The notes under the pieces were generated by a model, which worked only from the letters and a program-made list of their open reading frames with translations, did no database searches and had not been told where the DNA came from. Made by a program: the position numbers and the translations under genes. Below, in pieces: positions 1 through 8,700 of a stretch of DNA of 20,000 bases (its first letter is position 1; each line of letters starts with the position of its first letter). The DNA is from Catajapyx aquilonaris (Eukaryota). The DNA is taken from the NCBI GenBank assembly GCA_000934665.2, contig KZ538493.1:46558-66557 (forward strand). Direction: 5' to 3'.

Positions 1-67
1 ATGGGTCAAGTGTCAAGTAGGGGAAGGGTCCGCTGAAGGAGATAATCCTGTGTTGAACACCATTTCA

Positions 68-1509
68 TCAGCCAGACAAAGCTGTGCCAGTAGCTTTGGT
101 CACAGGTTTCTGAAAATGCCTAATTACATTGTAGGCCTCAGAAGATAGCTGCTTGGTCAGGAGCGAGTTCCGCACAACCTTCAGCTTCCTCTTTAAATTT
201 CTGCTTGACTGGTCAATGGCAACCACACACTTTCGCCACAACATGACGTCATTCAGTGCATTGAACTCCGAATATATAATTTCTCCAATCTTGTTCATAC
301 CTAAATCGGGAAACCGTCCTTTTCCGCATATTCCAGAGCAATTGCAGTGGTATCGAACACTGTCCTTGTACATCACTAGAGTCAGGAGAACTGCCGTTCT
401 CACAGGATTGTTGGAGGCTTCCTCCATAAGTCGCTTGATGATCGATTGAGGGTCTGATTTCATTTGGATGAACAGTCCATGAAGAGAAAATGTGTGATGG
501 AAAAAGTGGGTAAGTGGCACTTGCTGTACAATAATGGAACATTGGGACGAGCGTTTGGGGGAAGGTGAAGTCAAAAGATATGCTTCATCTGTTCCTGTCC
601 AATGTCTCTCTTCGGCTACAATCCCACACTGATCCTACGGCTCCTCCTCCTCCTGCTTCACTACATCTAATGCGACTCCATTGGATTGACTTGCATCGAT
701 TAATTCACGTGTGCAGCCAGCTCTTTCCAATCCCTTGTCCTCGGATGATGAAAGCAAAGTAGAAATTAATTTGTGCTGCGAAAAAAAGGAACATTAAATA
801 TACAGTGGCTGAATCTCAAACGGTTGAAAATTTTAATTCTATCAATGTCTCAGCTGAAGGTGCTCAAAATGATCATGCTACAGAAGGAGTGTATTGTAGT
901 AAAATAAGGATCAGTTGAAATGCTACCAAGTACCTCTCGCTCTTGAACTGTCTTCCTCTTTTTCTTCCGTGACATATGCACCTGAGATGTTGATGATCCT
1001 TGAGGTGCATGAGCCTCTTCAATGATCTTCGTTTGAAGATGGCTGGAATTCTCAGGGCCACCATTTTCATCTGATGATCCCTGGGTTGCGTGCACCTCTT
1101 CTGTGATGGACTCTGTCTTAAGTGGGTTGGCATTATTTTTAGCTTCACTTCGATCCGAGTCTTCTGCTGAACGAGCCAAGTCGAACAACACCAATCTTAA
1201 GAGTGTGGAAATGATCTGTCCAAAAAATTGAAGTTAGGCTACGTAACTCTAAAACATTTCAACACCCTGAGAATCCTGTCATTAGACTGCGCCCGTCAAG
1301 TACGATACTTACCAACCCTCTATAATTGATGAGGGGCATCCATCTCACCACCTTCACTTCTCCGCACCGTTTCTTTCCCTCCAGCTGGAGATATAATCCT
1401 CAATTCTTCCAACTCTCCTCTCGATGCCATCCACCTTCCTCTCTATTCTGGCCGACTGTTCCAGGCTCATTTCCAGAAAAGAAAGCATCCTATCCCACTG
1501 TACTTTCAT
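68..1509 (-). pseudogene. Disrupted coiled-coil + BEN-like domain gene (gene E)
   Basis: First exon from ATG 1509 (or 1488) reads MKVQWDRMLSFLEMSLEQSARIERKVDGIERRVGRIEDYI and aligns with the first exon of the ZF paralogs, but it meets TGA at 1354-1356 before the GTAAGT donor at 1312. A middle exon (~1215-933) is a low-complexity linker. The last exon (~740-68) has an in-frame TAG at 635-637, then RTAVLLTLVMY..RYHCNCSGICGKGRFPD..KIGEII..F..WRKCVVAIDQSSRNLKRK (~185-406), which matches the BEN pattern (G..GK..LD/ I..I..F / W..C..AID..R). Confidence 0.62.
991..1125. repeat. 81-bp-period internal duplication in gene E linker exon
   Basis: TGATGATCC at 991 and 1072; encoded peptides LKTESITEEVHATQGSS and LQTKIIEEAHAPQGSS lie 27 aa apart. 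Confidence 0.75.
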
Positions 1510-1932
1510 TCCAGTGCAAGGCAACGCAACCAACAAATCTAGAGGAAGCTGGACAGCAAATTCCCAGCGACTGCTGAGGGAAAAACGGAGCCACAAACGC
1601 CCGTTATTCCAACGCCATCTTTAGATTGGTGAGTTCCGATTCGCATCATTCATATAAACAAGCGTGGGCACTGTTCTAAAAATTAATAAAATCACAACAT
1701 TGTATTTTTAACCAATTACATGAACAACGTACAAAAGCTGTGAAATATTTGTGACAACCTCATTTGATCTGTTACATGAAAAAGTGCAGTACTGTACCTT
1801 GATGTATTCTCACAGTCATGTATGGATCATTAAATTAAATTAAAAGGCTTAACACACCAAGTGGGCCACTTTCTGTAGCACTGACCACTGTCCAATGTAT
1901 TCAGAACCACTGCCGAATCTTGACATATCTTT

Positions 1933-2991
1933 TTAGCTGATGCACTTTGCATGAGACGCTGACACTCCTGCGGTTGATGACTGTGTAAAGAGGAGGTTTG
2001 AGCATTTGATTGTAATTGGGTCTAAATGAGTAATAGCGTATGAAACTCACTGGAGGAGATACATGAGGTCCAAAGAGTGTAGGTCGGGCGTGAGGCCACA
2101 GCTTTTTCTTTAACGTCGAGCTGCAATGGCTTTCTTCAAAATGGAGCGAGCAAAATCGAGCATGCTTCTTTCCAATGCGCACTTGCTGAAGCGAATCACC
2201 GCAGTTGGCAGCACGGAGCCACTCACGGCATCTGTAATGTTGCAATACCACGTATATGGATTATGTAGTTGCACATAAAACTGGGTGTACTTAATTTGGT
2301 ACATTAGAAGAACTATTCGCTACGTTTTCATTGTAATCACTGAGACTATGCGAGAGAGGAAAGCAGTGAGTGTATGTAAAATAAAACATGTTCCTAAGAC
2401 ACTGTTTACCACTAAACTCACTTTTTTAGTGATAGTACATTAAAAATGATTAGATATAAAAATTAGACATGATGTGCCTACACATTATAACACATGCAGT
2501 GAATTGAGAACATCGCTTGCCAATAATAATTTTTCAGACTATGATGTGATGCAAATTTTAGGATTTCCTGGAGCATAACTACCTGAAACAATTATAAAAA
2601 GCGATAATAAAAATTAATATACCGGTACTTCATTGTGATTACATGCGCAATACCAAGCATACGACAAATTTTTGCACAATACAAAGTGCATAAAGTTGAG
2701 ATTTTTTAACATTTTAAAGATGTAAGTAATGTTTTAAGTAACCCTAGCAGTGGGGGTTCACACCTCCTGTTTTTTTATGCGCATAACTGTTATTAGAGAG
2801 TAAATTAGATTATCGGCGTTCAATTGGAAGGAGGGAAGAGTTTATTTTTCCTTACGTTTCTGGATCATTTGGTATTGCAAAGAAAGACAATTCTGGACGT
2901 TTGTTCTTTGTGGTGTTGCATCCTGGTACCATACAGGACAATCCGTTTCTTGTGTAAGGCCTGACCAAGGTCCTGTCCACGGTGGTCCTGA
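1933..2991 (-). CDS. THAP-domain protein module, copy 2 (exons 2991-2856, 2231-2051, 1980-1933; 5' exon not identified)
   Basis: Spliced translation ..SCMVPGCNTTKNKRPELSFFAIPNDPETCREWLRAANC..FCSLHFEES..LWPHARPTLF gives the THAP signature (C-x4-C, P, W, C-x2-H-F, AVPT-like box). Splice sites are canonical with matching phases. The last exon is frameshifted relative to copy 1 and stops at TAA 1933-1935. Confidence 0.8.
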
Positions 2992-3310
2992 CTGAAAACC
3001 AGAAACAAAACCAGATGCTAAAGAATGAATTGAACACTCTCGGCTCCTAACTTCCTTGTGGAGTGCACAAGTGGAATACGTTAGGATTTATCCATTGCAT
3101 CGGTGATTATGAAAACTTATTGTATTTATTTAAAAAGAACATAAACTCGGTACATGAAAAATGGTGTGAAATAACACCACAGTGCCGCCCTAATTTGGTA
3201 TGTTTAATGAAAAAGTACAGTACTGTACCTTTATGATGTATTCTCACAGTCACATTCACAGTAGTGTATGGATCATTAATTTAATTAAATGGCTTAACAC
3301 ACCAAGTGGG

Positions 3311-4185
3311 TCACTTTTTGTTGCACTGACCACTGTCCAATGTTTTCTGAACCACTGGTGAATCCTGTGCGGCACAACTGGTGAGACGCATCTTTTTAGC
3401 TGATGGACTTTCAGGGCGAGGTGCTGACACTCCTTCGGTTGATGACTGGAAGGAGGAAGTGTTGTACATTTGATTGTAATTGGGTCTAAACGATTCAGAG
3501 TATGAAACTCACCGAAGGAGCCGCTTGAGGTCCAAAGAGTGTTGGTTGGGCATGAGGCCACAGCTTTGTCTTTAACGTCGAGGTGCACTGACTCACATCG
3601 AAGTGGAGTGAGCAAAATGTAGCACGTGGGCGCTTCTTTCCAATACATGCTTGCAGAAGTGAATCACTACAGTTTGCAGCACAGAGCCACTCGCGGCATC
3701 TGCAAGGAAATGAATGGCCGATAATGCTGCAATACATCTTGTTAGACACGATAAATCTCATGGATTAGGTAGTTACAAATAAAACTGGGTGTACGTTATA
3801 TGGTGCATTACAAGAGCATTTTCATTTCAATCACTGAGACTGAGACTGAGAGGAAAATTGTGAGTTTAAAATATAAAGACACACTGTTTACCACTAACCT
3901 GACCTCTGTGTCTTTCATTTTTCTGTTTTACATGCACAAAATTGTTCTTAAAGAGTAAACTAAATTATCTGTGAACAATTGGGAGGAGGGAAACAGTTTA
4001 TTTTTAATCCCAGATTTTCCCAATTTGCTTTGAGATATGGCATTTAAATGTAAGTATAATGATAGCTTTTTCTTACCTTTCCGGATTACCTGGTACTTGA
4101 AAGAAAGACAATTCTGGGCGTTTTTTCTTTGTAGTGTTGCATCCTGGTACCATGCAGGACTGTCCACCTACTGAGTAAGTCCTGA
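3311..4185 (-). CDS. THAP-domain protein module, copy 1 (exons 4185-4077, 3699-3513, 3445-3311; possible start exon ATG 4316)
   Basis: SCMVPGCNTTKKKRPELSFFQVPGNPERCREWLCAANC..FCSLHFDV..LWPHAQPTLF, followed by a tail with NLS-like PSAKKMRL and TGA at 3311-3313. AATAAA on the minus strand near 3125. Confidence 0.83.
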
Positions 4186-4861
4186 CTGAAAAATCGAAGA
4201 AAGAAAAAAAAGGCACTAAGAATAACTTCATTATGGAGTGCCACAAGCCGAGTTATGTTAGGATTGTGCTTGATAATAATACCTCCATTGTATTGGTGGC
4301 GATTAAAACCTGCCATCAAATTCTTCCGAGTCCTTTACATATAAAAAATACCACATCCTACAACAGCAGATGAGTGAACCTTCTGAAACTGCAACTCGAG
4401 ACTGATTAGGAAAGTTTCCCAGAGTGTGCCCGTCACAAAATATAATCTACCCACTGCTATGGGAAGAGAAGCACTGAGTTTCACTGTCCGATCTTTCCAA
4501 TGAAAACTTTCTACTATATTTAAAGGTTGGGTAAAAGAAGCAAGTTTTCATGACCAGTAACGTGAATAGCACTCAGTAGTAATCTCCTTCGCAAGCAACA
4601 TGTACGTAAATACCACCTAGCAGCAAACTCAGGAATTGGAGGGAAAAAAACATTAGACAATAATTATCTGGTTCAACATTGCAGGCCGAACAAATTTATT
4701 ACTCTACAATATATGATGACAAAAACTGATATAAAGCCGTTGCAATAATTGTACATCATGACAGGCAGGCAGGAAGAAAAGGCACACCCATCTAGATTCT
4801 ACAAATTATTTTCCGACATCTGAATTTAAAACTGCCTATCATCTCCTATTTAACAAAAAGT

Positions 4862-5721
4862 CCAGCTAGTTGACAGCCAGTACGATCAATTGCAATTGCA
4901 TATTTAACATTACAAGTAAGCGATACAGTTTACTCCCAACTGTTTTACTGTTTACTGTTTAACACCCAATGTGCGTTACATGCTGCCCCTTCTAATTCCC
5001 ATCTCTTATTGTCATCTCTTTCCAACCTTACATTGCCCAGATATTATCATGCCAGCTGGACATACCCATTCCGATTAGTGCACTTGGCACGATACATGCT
5101 AGAAAGCTACAAATTTTCAAAACCAGTTTGATATGGTGCAAAGGGAAAGTGATAATTTATGGATTACACGGAAAAGTTTCAATCCAGGTCTAGTATTAAA
5201 AGCAACAGTGAATATTCAGCATGCAGTTCTGAATGGAATATCCCTTTTCGCACTTGCTCCTAAATATCGTGGAGTTAAATCGAGGCTAAACTCTAAACAC
5301 GAGGGTTCCATCTTACCCCACATTTTCATGTCTGGCAGTAAAATGACTTTGTACAATATCATACACTATACTAGAGTAAAAACCAGAATAAGTAAAATCA
5401 ATTAATAGCTCTAAAAAGAGGCTGAAAGGGCTCATAAAATCTGCTGATTAGGATCTTTTTCCAACCCAAAATGTCTGTGATAAAAAATTTTGAGGTTAAA
5501 ATTTATTTATTTATTTTTGTTACTGTGTTGGGCTGTATGCCATTGTGGTTAATAACGAGACCTAATATGGCATAAAATTTCACAATGTTACATTTGCCAC
5601 TCATTCTAAGGTTAAAAAGCATCATCCCGTACTTAGCAAAAAAAACCAGCTAGTTTGACGCCCAGTACGATCAATGCCAATTACATATATTTAACATTAC
5701 AAGTAAGCGACAGAGTTTACT
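4862..5721. repeat. ~75-bp direct repeat pair (4862-4934 and 5646-5721)
   Basis: CCAGCTAGTT..CCAGTACGATCAAT..CAATT..ATATTTAACATTACAAGTAAGCGA..AGTTTACT occurs twice, 784 bp apart, downstream of the gene D stop codon. Confidence 0.85.
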
Positions 5722-5755
5722 TTTCTGATGTGCACATGCGCATCCATGTGATATT

Positions 5756-8700
5756 TTATGTACAACCTGTTTGTGAATCCTTCCTCACACTTTGCACACG
5801 AGTATGGCTTCGTGCATGAATTATCAGAGCCCTTTCACGACTAAATCCCTTTCTGCACACATTGCAAGTGTAAGGCCGTATGCCATAATGCACAGCTCGA
5901 GTGTGCGCAGTGAGAGTACTTTTTTGCGTGAATCTCTTCCTGCAGCGTTCACAAGCAAATGGCTTTTCTGCATTGTGTTTTAACTGGCATGCCTTGTGGC
6001 TTCGCATGTGATATTTAAGAGCCCTTCCATGAGGGAATGCACCACCACACACATCGCAATGCTGTATTCCACTATGAAGGCTTTTCAAATGTGCTGTGAG
6101 AGTACTCTTTTGGGTGAAACTTCTTGGACACAAGACGCATCTAAACGGCTTCTCCCCTGTGTGAATTAACTTATGATCCCTTAAATGCCCCTTGTTCTTG
6201 GTGCTGTATGAACACATATCACAGTAGTGCAGCTTTCTGGTACCTGGTTCTGTCTTTGGAATAAGCAGTGCGGACACACCAGCATTGTCTTCCTCACTTC
6301 CTCTTTCCTCACCTGGTTGGATCACATCTGGTGTAAGAATACCAGCTGGTTCCTTTGAACTTCCAGGTTTAGACAAAGCATATCCATGTTCCTCATTGAC
6401 CTCAGCTACAGTGACATGTGACTTAACACATGCTGTAAGTTCAGCTGCTTTAGCAAAAGTCTTCTTACACACTCCGCATTGATAAGTCATCCACGATGAA
6501 CTAGGGTCATTCTGAAATTTAAAAAATATATATTAGCCATCCAATTTTTCCAGAATTTCTCAAAGTACTACTTCAGTTACAGATGTACAAGGAAAGCGTA
6601 ACTAACTTCTTCAACTGCAATTGGGTCAGTTGCTACCGAACTGTTAAAGGAAACGCTGCCAAAGGGATCATCTGGCTCTGATTTGACAGTTCTTCTGGCA
6701 TTCCTCACATGGTCTTGTGATGTTTCAATAGTTCCATCCTCGCAGTCATCCTGCAAGATAATAATTTTTTAAATTTTTTGCATCAAAAAAGCCTGGCTTA
6801 TACCATCCGTCTAAACCGTAAGAGAGAATGACAAATGTTTTTCGGATTCGGATTCAGCGGACCTTAAGTAGGTGTCATGGTCATCTTCCAGTCTGGTTTT
6901 CCGGGTTCACTCCATAGGCCAAGGTCAAGTCTAGCTTTCAATGGGAATGGGCTTGGCAATGGGAAATGAGACTGACATAATTCTATGTCATTACTGTCCA
7001 ATTAGAATCGCATCACATCGTCAGTGTCATTTCCAGTTGCCCAATGAAAAATAAAGCTACCGGTACGTTTACATGCAAGAGATTTCATCAGCGACTGAAC
7101 GAAAGTAACAATCCTGTGGTATCATTTTATTTTCGCCCCCCAAATAATTGGTCTCATCGCTCAGCAATGTACCGTACATCACTGCAACATAGCTGATCAA
7201 ATCGCTCACATGTAAACGTGCCATAAGCTGCGTTTACATATGAGCGATTTGATGAGCTAAGTCTTTGCCGAGGCTGAGTAACCCAAGTAACCAATATTGT
7301 TTGAGGCAAAAATCGATTGTTAATTTCGGCCTCGGTGAAGATTTCGCTCACATGTAAACGAAGCTTTAAGGTGGAAATGAAGCTAGAGTCACTTAATGAG
7401 AATTTTATGAAAAAAACATAATTATGTTACGCAGTTTTACTGTTACGCAGTTAAAACTCCCCACCCCCGTGGGTGCCCCAGTGGTTATTACGTTGCATAG
7501 TCTATGGATAAACATAAAATGCAATTATGTTGCTGCAGAACCATCAAGGATGGAATTTTAATCCCACTGCTATAGTTACTGCTAACTTAGCTATTCCAGT
7601 ACCAACACTGGTACTGCTAAGTTAGAAGTAACTATAGCAGTGGGACGAAATCGACCGTAAATCGTTACCAAGCGCGCGAGAGTCGAGATGGGACCTATGG
7701 CTAGGCACTATGCAAATGGTCCGCAAGAGTGCTGCAAGAGTTTGAACTTTTGGACGGTCACAAAAATACCACGAAACATCACCAACACATATACGTCTCT
7801 CACTTACACATTTTATGTGTTAGTGAGAAGTGAGCAGCGCCAGTAGCACCTTGCGACCGGAACGCCCACTTTTGCTAGGACGCTGAAAATACGGCCCATA
7901 ATACAGGGTGATGTCACGAAATTCGCACATAATCGCCAGGTAGAGTGCCAGAGCGCCAGCCACAAATTATAATCTATCATGACCCTCATCTTCCTCACCT
8001 ACACATTTCCTTACCATTGTCACTTTTTGGTTATATACAGGGTGTATCTGAACTCAGTGCCCCGACGTATATGACTGCCTTCCTAGCCACCAGAGGATCG
8101 ATTGAAGTATAGGAGTCATTATGTCTGGCAGCCGCATTACTGAGATAATTGGCCGCAAACATGTAGTACAAAATATCCTGTCGGTTAGGCCACCCATCGA
8201 ACCCTCCCCCAGTCAGAAGGCTCTGGAAGGTCTGGGGGCGGGACTTTGTTGGTTTGTTGCCCACAGGATGGTGGTAAGGCCTCTTTGGCTATAGTTACAC
8301 CAGAAAATTTTATTTAAAGGTCAGGAGCGATTAGGCAAAAATCGTTAAAGAATGTATCTCAGTAATGAGGCTGCCCAGACATAATGACTCCTCTACATAA
8401 GTTGATCCTCTCGTGGCTAGGAAGGCAGTCATATACGTCGGGGCACTGAGTTCAGATACACCCTGTATACTGGCAGTGTGGAAGATGACTTACTGAAAGG
8501 TAAGGAAAAGAAAAATGAGGGAAAACAAAAAACAAACACGTCAGTTATGTTTCACCCCATTAGGGGGAACTGTGCCATTTTGGGAGGCCGGGGACTACAT
8601 GTAAGATTGTCATTCTTCTCAACAGTGGCACAGTTAGTTCATTTATTGAAGAATCCAACAACTGACTTAATAACTCTCGCTGAATTTGTAACACGTGGTT

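Noticed and set aside
1933..4185. P-element/Kolobok transposase associated with the THAP domains
   Set aside because: The THAP modules end in short tails with stop codons; I found no catalytic domain or TIRs around them.
6800..6960. Extra coding exon of gene D
   Set aside because: All three minus frames hit stops between the plausible acceptor and donor sites.
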